Assembly: GCF_000473085.1 (NCBI RefSeq)
Contig: NZ_AXBA01000011.1
Coordinates: 15,886 to 47,885, forward strand
Direction of reading: 5' to 3'
From: Azorhizobium doebereinerae UFLA1-100
GTDB lineage: Bacteria; Pseudomonadota; Alphaproteobacteria; Rhizobiales; Xanthobacteraceae
DNA: 32,000 nt
Positions 8,112 to 16,494 of the stretch are shown here, piece after piece. Under the pieces are notes generated by a model, which saw nothing but the letters and a program-made list of their open reading frames with translations, did no database searches and was not told the DNA's origin. The first letter of the stretch is position 1. Each line of letters begins with the position of its first letter. The position numbers were made by a program, and so were the translations under genes.

Positions 8112-10519
8112 CAGCCGATCCCTCCACTTTCCGCTTCGTCTCCAGCAACCGCCGGGTGCGTGAGGATCGCCGCTTCGTGGTCGGTAACGGCCATTATGTC
8201 GCCGACGTGCCCCTGGAGGGCATGTTGCACGTGGCCATCGTCGGCTCGCAATATCCCGCCGCCAGGATCCTCGGCATCGACGCCTCCGCGGCGCTGGCCA
8301 TGCCGGGCGTGCACTATGTGCTCACCGGCGAGGAATTGGCCGGCGCCGTCGATCAATTGATGAACGGGCTCGATACCCCCAATGTGCGGCGCTTCCCGCT
8401 GGCCGTGGGGCAGGTGCGCTATGCTGGCGAATGGGTCGCCGCCGTGGTGGCTGACACGCGCGCCCTGGCGGAAGACGCCAGCGAAAAGGTGCGCGTCTCC
8501 TACGAGCCCTTGCCCTATCTCACCAAGGCGGGAGAGGCGCTGGAGCCTTCGAGCCCGCCGGTGCATCCGCCGCACGGCTCCAATGTGCTGCTGGACAAGA
8601 CCTTCGTGTGGGGCGAGGTGGAGAAGCACTTCACTGAGAGCCCGCGCCACCTGTCGTTCCGCGTCACCTGGGGGCGCAATTCCACCGTCCCCATCGAGAC
8701 TTTCGGCGTGGTCGCCTCCTGGGACCCGTGGCGCGAGATGCTGGACGTGTGGGCGTCTATCCAGATGCCAAAGTATCCCGACCAGATCGCCCGCGCCCTG
8801 CGCATTCCCGCCAACAACGTGCGCGTCCACCAGGACGTGGATGTGGGCGGCAGCTATGGGGTGAAGCGCGGCATCAAGCACACGGTGTTGGTTGCTCACC
8901 TCGCCCGCCGCCTCGGCCGCCCGGTGCGCCTGCTGGAGGATCGGCTGGAGAACATGCGCGGCGGCGACGCCCACGGTCCAGAACGCATCTTCGACGTGGA
9001 CGTGGCCTTCAATGACGAGGGCATCGTCAAGTCCATGAAGATGAAGGCGCTGGACAATGCGGGGGCCTATGCGGGCCGCGCGCCGTTCCAGCTCGGCAAG
9101 CCCATCGGCGCCATCGTCGGCCCCTACAAGATCGAGAGCGTGCAGTATCGCGCGCAATCGGTCACCACCAACAAGGCGGTGCAGGAAGCGGTGCGCGGCT
9201 TCGGCCAGTCGCCCACCAATTATGCCATCGAGACCGCCATCGACAAGGTGGCGCGGGCCTGCGGGCTGGACCGGGTGGAGATCCGCCGGCGCAACTTCAT
9301 CCGCGCCGACGAATTTCCCTACCTCATCCCCAGCGGCACCCGCTACGACAGCGGCGAGTACCACACCGTGGTGGACAAGGTGCTGGCGCATATCGATTAT
9401 CCCGCTCTTCAGGCGGAGCGTGATCGGTTGCGCGCCTCCGGCCTGCTGGCCGGCATCGGGATTGCCGCATGCCTGGAGCCCTCCGGCGGAAACTCATCTT
9501 TCGAGCCGTTGCTCAACGAAAAAAACCAGACCACCACTTGGATGGATTCCGCGCGCATCAACGTGGACGGACTGGGCTTCGTCACCGTCACCATTCATAC
9601 CACCTCGGCCGGACAGGGGCATGAGACCCTGGCCGCCACGGTGGTGGCCGAGGTGCTCCAGATCGATCCGGACCTCATCCGCATCGTGCGGCCGGATTCG
9701 CTCGCCTGCCTGCCGTCCAATACCCCGGTGGGCAGCCGCATGGCGATCATGCTCGGCGGTGCCTGCTTCCACGCGGCGCAGAAGCTGAAGGCCAAGCTCA
9801 CGAGGATCGGCGCGTTTCGCCTCGGCGTGGCGGCGGACGTCGCCACCTACGAGAACGGCGCGGTGGCAGACCCGGCGAGCGGCCGGAAGCTGGACTGGGC
9901 GGAGCTGGTGAACATCGCCCATCGCGGCTTCCACCTTTTGCCGCCGGACACCGAGCCGGGCCTTGAAGCCACCCATGTGATGCAGGTGCCCACGGGCGAC
10001 AAGCTGCCCGAGGGCGGCCGGGTGCAGATGTACCCCTGCCATTCGTTCGAATTCCATATGGTGCTGATCGCGCTCGACCCGGTGCTCGGCAAGCCGGAGA
10101 TCCGCCGTTATGTCATCGGCCATGACTGTGGCACGGTCATCAACCCGCACATCGTGAAGGGCATGACGTTGGGCGGCATCGCGCACGGCATTGGTGCCGC
10201 GCTGCTGGAAGAGTTCGTCTATGACGACGAGGGCCAGATGCTGACCCAGAGCTTCATGGACTATCTGCTGCCGTCCTCCCACGAGGTGCCGCAGGTGGAG
10301 ATCGTCCACCATTGCACGCCCTCGCCCTTCACAGTGTTCGGACAGAAGGGGTCGGGGGAGAGCGGCTATCTCGGTGCCCCCGCCGCCATCTCCGGCGCCC
10401 TGAACGACGCTGTCGCGGATCTAGGAATCTTCTTCGACAAACTGCCCATTCGCATCTTCGCGATCAGCGACGCGGTTGCCGCCGCGCGCGCCAATCCCAC
10501 GGGAAAGACTGCCGTATGA
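8108..10519 (+). CDS. Molybdopterin-binding large subunit of a xanthine dehydrogenase/aldehyde oxidase/CoxL-family hydroxylase (not CO dehydrogenase)
   Basis: 803 aa. Family-typical C-terminal catalytic-Glu motif GQKGSGESGYLGAP. GTG start in a GTGA overlap with the small subunit. Neither the VAYRCSFR nor the AYRGAGR CODH loop string is present. Confidence 0.93.
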   Translation: MTADPSTFRFVSSNRRVREDRRFVVGNGHYVADVPLEGMLHVAIVGSQYPAARILGIDASAALAMPGVHYVLTGEELAGAVDQLMNGLDTPNVRRFPLAVGQVRYAGEWVAAVVADTRALAEDASEKVRVSYEPLPYLTKAGEALEPSSPPVHPPHGSNVLLDKTFVWGEVEKHFTESPRHLSFRVTWGRNSTVPIETFGVVASWDPWREMLDVWASIQMPKYPDQIARALRIPANNVRVHQDVDVGGSYGVKRGIKHTVLVAHLARRLGRPVRLLEDRLENMRGGDAHGPERIFDVDVAFNDEGIVKSMKMKALDNAGAYAGRAPFQLGKPIGAIVGPYKIESVQYRAQSVTTNKAVQEAVRGFGQSPTNYAIETAIDKVARACGLDRVEIRRRNFIRADEFPYLIPSGTRYDSGEYHTVVDKVLAHIDYPALQAERDRLRASGLLAGIGIAACLEPSGGNSSFEPLLNEKNQTTTWMDSARINVDGLGFVTVTIHTTSAGQGHETLAATVVAEVLQIDPDLIRIVRPDSLACLPSNTPVGSRMAIMLGGACFHAAQKLKAKLTRIGAFRLGVAADVATYENGAVADPASGRKLDWAELVNIAHRGFHLLPPDTEPGLEATHVMQVPTGDKLPEGGRVQMYPCHSFEFHMVLIALDPVLGKPEIRRYVIGHDCGTVINPHIVKGMTLGGIAHGIGAALLEEFVYDDEGQMLTQSFMDYLLPSSHEVPQVEIVHHCTPSPFTVFGQKGSGESGYLGAPAAISGALNDAVADLGIFFDKLPIRIFAISDAVAAARANPTGKTAV

Positions 10520-11490
10520 TTATCGACTGCCATGCCCATCTGGTGCCGCCGACCCTGATCGAGGCGATCCGTTCGCAGGCCGCGAAATTCCCCTCCGTGC
10601 GCCTGGTCGAAGAGGGCGCCAGCCTCGGCTTCGCCTTCTCCGGCGGCAAGCCCACGCGCCCCGTCTCCAAGCCGCTCAGCGATCTCGCCGGCCGGCTGAA
10701 GTGGATGGACGAGCAGAAGGTGGACCGCCAGGTGGTGGGCGGCTGGCTCGACATGTTCGGCAACGACCTGCCTGTCTCCGAGGGGGTGGAATGGTCGCGT
10801 CTCATCAATGCCCATCTGGCGCAGGCCGGCAAGGACGAGCCGCGCTTCGTGCCGCTCGCCTGCGTGCCGTTGCAGGACGGCAAGCTCGCCGCGGAGGTGC
10901 TGCGCGAGGCCCACGGCCAGGGCTTCCGGGGCGCCATGATCGGCACCCAGCCCAAAGGCAAGGGCGGCGTGCTGGATGATCCGACCCTCGTGCCGTTCTG
11001 GGAAGCGGCGCACGAACTGGGCTCGATGATCTTCATCCACCCGGTGTTCGAGAGCGGCGACGATCGGGTCCATGACTACGGCATGGCCAATGCGGTTGGC
11101 CGCATCACCGATACGCTGATCGCGCTGTCTCGGCTGATCTATGCGGGCCACGTCACCCGCTATGACAAGGCCAAGATCATCGCCGGCATCGGCGGCGCCG
11201 CGCTGCCCTATATCATCGGCCGCCTGCGCCGGAATTACAGCCTCGACAAGACCCTGGGCGATCCCGACGCCGCGCTGGCCACGTTCTATTACGACACCAT
11301 CCTCCAGGACACGCGCGCGCTGCGCTACCTCGCGGACGTGGTGGGCCCGGAGCGCATCATGATGGGGTCGGACATGCCGTTTCCCATTGGCGACCTGGCG
11401 CCGCTCAACATCGTGTCAGAGACCAGCTTTTCCGATGCGGAGCGGGCGTCCATCAATGGCGGGCTCGCCCAGCGCCTCCTGGGCTTGTGA
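10516..11490 (+). CDS. Amidohydrolase-2 family protein (ACMSD/LigW/LigJ-type metal-dependent decarboxylase or hydratase)
   Basis: N-terminal HxH metal motif MIIDCHAHLVPP, then IFIHPV and MGSDMPFP near the C-terminus. ATG in an ATGA overlap with the large-subunit stop. The track ORF from 10312 is over-extended. Confidence 0.9.
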   Translation: MIIDCHAHLVPPTLIEAIRSQAAKFPSVRLVEEGASLGFAFSGGKPTRPVSKPLSDLAGRLKWMDEQKVDRQVVGGWLDMFGNDLPVSEGVEWSRLINAHLAQAGKDEPRFVPLACVPLQDGKLAAEVLREAHGQGFRGAMIGTQPKGKGGVLDDPTLVPFWEAAHELGSMIFIHPVFESGDDRVHDYGMANAVGRITDTLIALSRLIYAGHVTRYDKAKIIAGIGGAALPYIIGRLRRNYSLDKTLGDPDAALATFYYDTILQDTRALRYLADVVGPERIMMGSDMPFPIGDLAPLNIVSETSFSDAERASINGGLAQRLLGL

Positions 11491-11503
11491 GGAGGGCGCA
11501 GCC

Positions 11504-11980
11504 ATGAAGCTCGACATCGGCGGCACCGAGACCATCCAGACGGACGTCGAGACGCTCTGGCGCGCGCTCAACGATCCCGTGGTCCTGACCCGCTGCATTC
11601 CCGGCTGCAAAGCCATGACCGAGACGGCGCCTGACGCCTACAAGGTCGACATGCAATTGCGCGTGGCCGCCGTGGGCGGCTCGTTCGAGGGCGAAATCGC
11701 CCTGTCCGACAAGCAGCCGCCCAATACCTGCCGCATCACGGTGTCCGGTGCCGGCACGCTGGGCCACGGCAGCGGCGAGGCGAAGTTCGCGATCACGCCG
11801 CTGAGCGAGGGCTTTTCGCAGCTCTCCTACCAGGGCGTGGGTGAAGTGGGCGGCCTTGTGGCCGGCGTCGGCCAGCGCATCCTCGGTAGCGTGTCCAAGC
11901 ACCTCATCGGGCGCTTCTTCACCACGCTGCGCAAGGAATTCGAGGACGGCGGCGCGCTTGCCGCCGGGGCTGCGGAATGA
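11504..11980 (+). CDS. CoxG-like SRPBCC-fold protein
   Basis: MKLDIGGTETIQTDVETLWRALNDPVVLTRCIPGCKAM is the typical CoxG/carbon-monoxide-dehydrogenase-subunit-G family N-terminus. GGAGGG RBS at 11491-11496. Confidence 0.85.
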   Translation: MKLDIGGTETIQTDVETLWRALNDPVVLTRCIPGCKAMTETAPDAYKVDMQLRVAAVGGSFEGEIALSDKQPPNTCRITVSGAGTLGHGSGEAKFAITPLSEGFSQLSYQGVGEVGGLVAGVGQRILGSVSKHLIGRFFTTLRKEFEDGGALAAGAAE

Positions 11981-12792
11981 GCACCATGACAACCACCCTC
12001 AAACGCATCGCGGTAGAGCCGGGCGTCAGCCTGCAAGTGCGGGTCTCCGGCACTCCGGGCAAGCCGGCGTTGCTGCTCAGCAATTCGCTGACCGCGGACC
12101 TTAGCACCTGGGACGAGGTGGAGACGCGTCTCGCGCCGCATGCCTTCATCATCGGCTATGATACTCGCGGCCACGGCCGTTCCGACGCCCCCGGCGAGGG
12201 CTACACGCTCGGCCGGCTCGGCGCCGACGCGATTGCCATTCTGGACGCACTTTCCATCCCGAAGGCGGTGGTGTGCGGCCTGTCCCTCGGCGGGCTGACC
12301 GCCATGTGGCTCGGCGCCCACGTGCCGGATCGCGTCGCAGGATTGGTGCTGGCCAATACGGCCGCCAACTTCCCGCCGCCCGGTATGTGGGAGGAACGCG
12401 CCAGGGCGGCTCTGGAACGCGGTCTGGCGCCATTCGTGGCGCCGGCTCTCGAGCGCTGGTTCACGGCGGGCTTCCGGGCTGCGGCACCCGAGCGGGTGGC
12501 GCAGATCGCCCGGGTGATCGGTGCCACCTCGCCGGCCGGCTATGCGGGCTGCTGCCGCATCCTGGCCCATGCCGACGTGGGGCCCGACCTGGCCGCCATC
12601 GCCTGCCCGACGCTGGTGATCGCCGGCACGCATGATCCCTCCACGCCGCCGGCGCGCGCCGAGGAGATCTGCGCGGGCATTGCCGGCGCCGAGCTCGTTT
12701 GCCTCGATGCCGCGCACCTTTCGGCGGTCGAGGCGCCAGAGGCGTTTGCCGCGGCGGTGCAAGATTTCCTCCTCCGAACGCGGGCCGACTAA
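11977..12792 (+). CDS. Alpha/beta-hydrolase, 3-oxoadipate enol-lactonase (PcaD)-like
   Basis: YDTRGHGRSD, nucleophile elbow GLSLGG, C-terminal AAHLSAVEAPEAF. ATGA overlap with the coxG-like stop. Confidence 0.9.
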   Translation: MSTMTTTLKRIAVEPGVSLQVRVSGTPGKPALLLSNSLTADLSTWDEVETRLAPHAFIIGYDTRGHGRSDAPGEGYTLGRLGADAIAILDALSIPKAVVCGLSLGGLTAMWLGAHVPDRVAGLVLANTAANFPPPGMWEERARAALERGLAPFVAPALERWFTAGFRAAAPERVAQIARVIGATSPAGYAGCCRILAHADVGPDLAAIACPTLVIAGTHDPSTPPARAEEICAGIAGAELVCLDAAHLSAVEAPEAFAAAVQDFLLRTRAD

Positions 12793-12816
12793 CAAAAAAG
12801 AACCAGGGAGGACGCC

Positions 12817-13812
12817 ATGCTCAACCGTCGCATACAGGGTCTTCGCATCTCGGGCTTTGCGGCGGCGGTCGCCGCCGCCCTCTCGGCCGTTGTGCCCGCC
12901 AAGGCGCAGGCCCTCGATAAGCTGACCATCGTGGTGTTCGGGGCGCCCTCCCTCGGGGCGTTCCTGCCGCCGGTGATCAAGGCGCAGAAGCTGGATGAGA
13001 AGAACGGCCTCGCAATCACCTTCGACGAGCGCACGCCAGACGCCTACACTGCACAGTTCAATTCCGGCGAATACCAGTTGGGCGGCAGCGCTGCCCTGCT
13101 CACGGTGGGTCTCGCCGACCTGCGCGGGGTGAAGGTCACCTATCTATTTAACCTGTTCGATTATTGGGGCGCGGTCATCACGTCGCGACCCGAGATCAAG
13201 GTCCTGAGGGACCTGGAGGGCAAGGATCTCGCGGCTGCCAAGGGCACCACCAATTATGTGATGTTCGACTGGTTCGCCCGCCAGCAGGGCGTGGACACGG
13301 CGAAGATTTCCGTAGTGAACACGGCGACGCCGGGCCTCGTTGGCTATGCGCTGGCGGATCGTGCCTCGGCGGTGCAGTTGTGGGAGCCGGCCTATACCGC
13401 GCTGCTGGCGAAAAAGCCCACCATCCGCACCCTGGACCTCAAGATCGCGGAGAGCTGGAAGAAGGTCACCGGCTCCACAAATATTCCCTATCTCGGGGTG
13501 GCGGCGCACACCGACTGGGTGGCCAAGAACAAGCCGCTGATCCCCAAGCTCTATGCCGCCTACAAGGCCGCCGCTGAATGGGTGGTGGCCAATCCGGACG
13601 CGGCCGCCAAGCTGATCGCCCCCAAGGGCACGGCGGACGACCAGAAGGCGGTGGCCGACATCGTGCGGTCAAACGACCGGCTGGGCCTCAATGTCCGCTG
13701 GGCCGCCGACGTACGCAAGGAAATCGGCGCCGTCTACGCGGCCGGGCGCACCATCGACTTCCTGCCCGGCGAGCCCGCCGCGGCCACCATCTATGACGGA
13801 GGAAAGCCGTGA
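12817..13812 (+). CDS. ABC transporter substrate-binding protein 1 (NMT1/TauA/SsuA-like, NitT/TauT family)
   Basis: Sec-type signal peptide ISGFAAAVAAALSAVVPAKAQA. AGGGAGGA RBS. Immediately upstream of the matching permease and ATPase. Confidence 0.88.
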   Translation: MLNRRIQGLRISGFAAAVAAALSAVVPAKAQALDKLTIVVFGAPSLGAFLPPVIKAQKLDEKNGLAITFDERTPDAYTAQFNSGEYQLGGSAALLTVGLADLRGVKVTYLFNLFDYWGAVITSRPEIKVLRDLEGKDLAAAKGTTNYVMFDWFARQQGVDTAKISVVNTATPGLVGYALADRASAVQLWEPAYTALLAKKPTIRTLDLKIAESWKKVTGSTNIPYLGVAAHTDWVAKNKPLIPKLYAAYKAAAEWVVANPDAAAKLIAPKGTADDQKAVADIVRSNDRLGLNVRWAADVRKEIGAVYAAGRTIDFLPGEPAAATIYDGGKP

Positions 13813-14618
13813 GCGAGCGCACCCTTGACGGCACGTCGCCGCCCACGCCGATCATCGACGGAGCCTGGCGTGTCGTGCGCGCCCTCGCTCCGTTCATCTT
13901 CCTGGGGGCAGCATGGCAGGTCGCCTCGCTGTTCTTCCCGGCCTTCCTGTTTCCCTCGCTGGTGGCCGTGTTCTGGCGTTGCCTGGATATATTGGAGCAA
14001 TGGTCGCAGTTCGTGGATGTGCTCTACACCGTCGGGCGCATCCTGGCCGGGCTGGCCGGGGCCTTCATCATCGGCGCGGTGCTGGCGCTGATGATGGCGC
14101 GCTCCAAGCTGGTGGACGGTTTTCTTTCGCCCATCCTCACCTTCTTCCAAGGCATTCCGGCGCTGTCCTGGGTGGTGTTTGCCATCATCTGGTTCCACGG
14201 CGTCGAATTCCGCATCTTCTTCATCATGGTGTTGACGACCCTGCCGGCCTTCACTTTCCAGATCGTGAGCGCCTTGCGCGCCATGTCGAAAGACCTGGTG
14301 GAGATGGTGATGAGCTTTCGTCCCTCGCGGGTGCAGATGTTTCGCACGCTCATCCTGCCCTCCATCCTCCCGGAGATTCTCACAGCCTGGAAAGTCAACC
14401 TCGGCAACGCCTCGCGCGTTGTGGTGGTGGCCGAACTGGTGGGGGCGACGGGCGGTGTCGGGTATCAGCTGCTCCAGCAGCAGCAGATCTTCGATATGGC
14501 AGGCGCGCTGGCCTGGACGCTCCAGCTCGTGTTCTTCGTGCTCATCGTTCAATACATCCTGACGCTCATCGAAAACTTCGCCTTCCGGTACCGGGCCATC
14601 TCGGAGCGCTCCCTATGA
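13809..14618 (+). CDS. ABC transporter permease (NitT/TauT family)
   Basis: 269-aa, 6-TM BPD_transp_1-type protein. GTG start in a GTGA overlap with the SBP stop. Its stop overlaps the ATPase start. Confidence 0.9.
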   Translation: MSERTLDGTSPPTPIIDGAWRVVRALAPFIFLGAAWQVASLFFPAFLFPSLVAVFWRCLDILEQWSQFVDVLYTVGRILAGLAGAFIIGAVLALMMARSKLVDGFLSPILTFFQGIPALSWVVFAIIWFHGVEFRIFFIMVLTTLPAFTFQIVSALRAMSKDLVEMVMSFRPSRVQMFRTLILPSILPEILTAWKVNLGNASRVVVVAELVGATGGVGYQLLQQQQIFDMAGALAWTLQLVFFVLIVQYILTLIENFAFRYRAISERSL

Positions 14619-15391
14619 CCATGACGGACACCGCCCCTCCCGCCCGGCCGGAAATCCGCTTCGAGCACGTCTCGAAGACCTTCGGCCGGGTCGGCGCCAC
14701 CGATCTGTTCCGTGCCGTGGACGACCTCAATCTGGAGATCGGTAGCGGCGAGCTGGTGGCCATCCTGGGCAAGACCGGCTGCGGCAAGTCCACCATGTTC
14801 AACATGATCGCCGGCCTGCTGGAGCCGAGCGCCGGCAAGGTGGAAGTGTCGGGTCACGATCCCTTCGCACAGTTCAACTGGTTTCGCGGCAAGATCGCCA
14901 TCGTGTTCCAGAACGACCGCCTCCTGCCCTGGCGCACCGCTATCGAGAACGTAGCGTTCGGGCTGGAGATGCTGGACGTGCCGAAGGCGGAGCGCATGGC
15001 ATCCGCCCAGGCGTGGCTCACCAAGCTCGGCCTGGGCGGGCATGAGAACGACTATCCCCACGCGCTCTCGGGGGGAATGCGCCAGCGCGTGTCCATCGCC
15101 CGCGCCTTTGCCACCAATGCCAACATCCTGCTCTGCGACGAGCCGTTCTCGGCGCTGGACGAGATGACCGGAAACCGGCTGCGCGAGGAGTTCGCGCGGC
15201 TGGTGCGCGAGAATGGCAAGACAGCCGTCTTCATCACCCATTCCATCAATGAGGCGCTCCAGATCGGCGATCGCATCGTGGTGCTGCGCCGCCCCGCCAA
15301 GATCGCCTACGACACGCGCCTGGGGCGGGATGCGGACCACGGCGCCAAGGAAGACATCAGGGCGCGGATCCAGGCCGTGCTTGCCGAATAA
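14615..15391 (+). CDS. ABC transporter ATP-binding protein (NitT/TauT family)
   Basis: Walker A GKTGCGKST, signature LSGGMRQRVSIARA, Walker B LLCDEPFSALD. ATGA overlap with the permease. The track ORF from 13913 is over-extended. Confidence 0.93.
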   Translation: MTMTDTAPPARPEIRFEHVSKTFGRVGATDLFRAVDDLNLEIGSGELVAILGKTGCGKSTMFNMIAGLLEPSAGKVEVSGHDPFAQFNWFRGKIAIVFQNDRLLPWRTAIENVAFGLEMLDVPKAERMASAQAWLTKLGLGGHENDYPHALSGGMRQRVSIARAFATNANILLCDEPFSALDEMTGNRLREEFARLVRENGKTAVFITHSINEALQIGDRIVVLRRPAKIAYDTRLGRDADHGAKEDIRARIQAVLAE

Positions 15392-15431
15392 AACAGACGA
15401 CGGAAAGCCGCATCCCTCCAGGAGGTTCTCT

Positions 15432-16418
15432 ATGAGCGCCGGGGCCAGCCACCTCTCTCGCCGCAGCTTCATCGCCATGACGGCCGCCGCCACCATCGCC
15501 CGCCCGGCGCTGGCGGCTGCGGCCCAGCCGCTGACGATCAGCGTGGTGTTCGGGAATTCCATCCACTGGGTGATCTTCGCCGCGGTGGAGAAGGGGATGT
15601 TCAAGGACGAGGGCTTCGAGCCCAGCGTCCAGCCCCTGCAATCCTCCGCCCATTCGGTGCAGATGGCGCTCTCGGGCGATTTCCAGCTCGCCACCTCCCA
15701 GCCTGAGACCTTCGTCGCCGCAGTGGAGCAGGGGGCCGCCGACCTCGCGGCCATGACCGCGCCCATGAACCGCTCCGACTGGGTGCTGGTGGGCGCGCGC
15801 AACGTGACCAGCCTCGCCCAGCTCAAGGGCATGGCCATCGGCCTGTCCGGCCTTCGCAACAGCGAGGGCTGGCTGACGGATCGGCTGCTGGCCAGCCAGG
15901 GGCTGAAAAAGGGGGACTATCGCCTCACCATCGCCGGTACCTCGCCGGCCAAGGTGGCGGCGCTGGAGAAGGGCGGCATCGGCGCTGCTGTACTGTTTCA
16001 GCCGAGCGCGGAATTCGCCATCAAGCAGGGCCTGCCGGTATTGGCGCGGTTCGACACCATGCGCGCCTATCCCACCATCTTCTATATCGTGAAGAAGAGC
16101 TGGGCGGGCACCGACCAGTCCGGCGTGCGCGCCTCGCGCGCGTTGCAGAAATCCTATGCCTGGCTCTGGGACCCGGCCAACCGCGCTGAAGCGATCCAGA
16201 TCCTGGCCAAATACACAAAGCGCGAGCCGGCGTTGCTGGAGAGCGTCTATGACGATTATTTCATCAAGGCCAAGCTCTATTCGCGGGACGGCAAGGTGGA
16301 CCTTGCCGGCTTCACCGCCGTGCTGACCGACATGGCGGAAGATGGCGCGGTGTTCAAGACCGCGCCGTCCCCGGCCAAATTCATGCTCGCCCCCGAACTC
16401 GGCGGCCTGTCCGCCTGA
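15432..16418 (+). CDS. ABC transporter substrate-binding protein 2 (NMT1/TauA-like) with a twin-arginine-like signal
   Basis: MSAGASHLSRRSFIAMTAAATIARPALAAAA, then an NMT1-like body. GGAGG RBS at about 15418-15425. By eye it is only distantly similar to SBP1. Confidence 0.85.
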   Translation: MSAGASHLSRRSFIAMTAAATIARPALAAAAQPLTISVVFGNSIHWVIFAAVEKGMFKDEGFEPSVQPLQSSAHSVQMALSGDFQLATSQPETFVAAVEQGAADLAAMTAPMNRSDWVLVGARNVTSLAQLKGMAIGLSGLRNSEGWLTDRLLASQGLKKGDYRLTIAGTSPAKVAALEKGGIGAAVLFQPSAEFAIKQGLPVLARFDTMRAYPTIFYIVKKSWAGTDQSGVRASRALQKSYAWLWDPANRAEAIQILAKYTKREPALLESVYDDYFIKAKLYSRDGKVDLAGFTAVLTDMAEDGAVFKTAPSPAKFMLAPELGGLSA

Positions 16419-16494
16419 GCCCCGAACCCTGCGTGCCTCCCCCGGCGCGCCGCCGGGTGCGAGGCCGCTTGCCTGCTTCCCAGGAGATCCCCCA

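Noticed and set aside
7928-9391. 487-aa minus-strand ORF, plus other large antisense ORFs inside the Mo large-subunit, UbiD, dehydrogenase, Liv, kinase and regulator genes (e.g. 16381-17562, 17903-19270, 18376-20136, 20698-22170, 22068-24170, 25310-26563, 26382-27629, 28804-30354, 30786-31934)
   Set aside because: All lie opposite genes with clear family motifs. All have biased Arg/Gly/Ala/His composition and lack start-site context (no RBS). Treated as non-coding shadows.
6640-10519. Calling the three-subunit enzyme aerobic CO dehydrogenase (coxMSL)
   Set aside because: The gene order and CoxG neighbour resemble cox. However, neither the form I (VAYRCSFR) nor the form II (AYRGAGR) active-site string occurs in the L translation. 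No coxD/E/F accessory genes are present, and the context is aromatic-acid catabolism.
10312-16494. N-terminally extended versions of real genes in the ORF track (10312, 11387, 13913, 15213, 16342; likewise 24414-26150, 20054-21964, 26514-27569, 28603-30789, 22716-24008, 18271-19278, 6115-6534)
   Set aside because: The extensions overlap the preceding gene or regulatory DNA and translate to Arg/Pro-rich noise. They skip internal starts that have good RBSs or 4-nt stop/start overlaps and that match the usual family N-termini.
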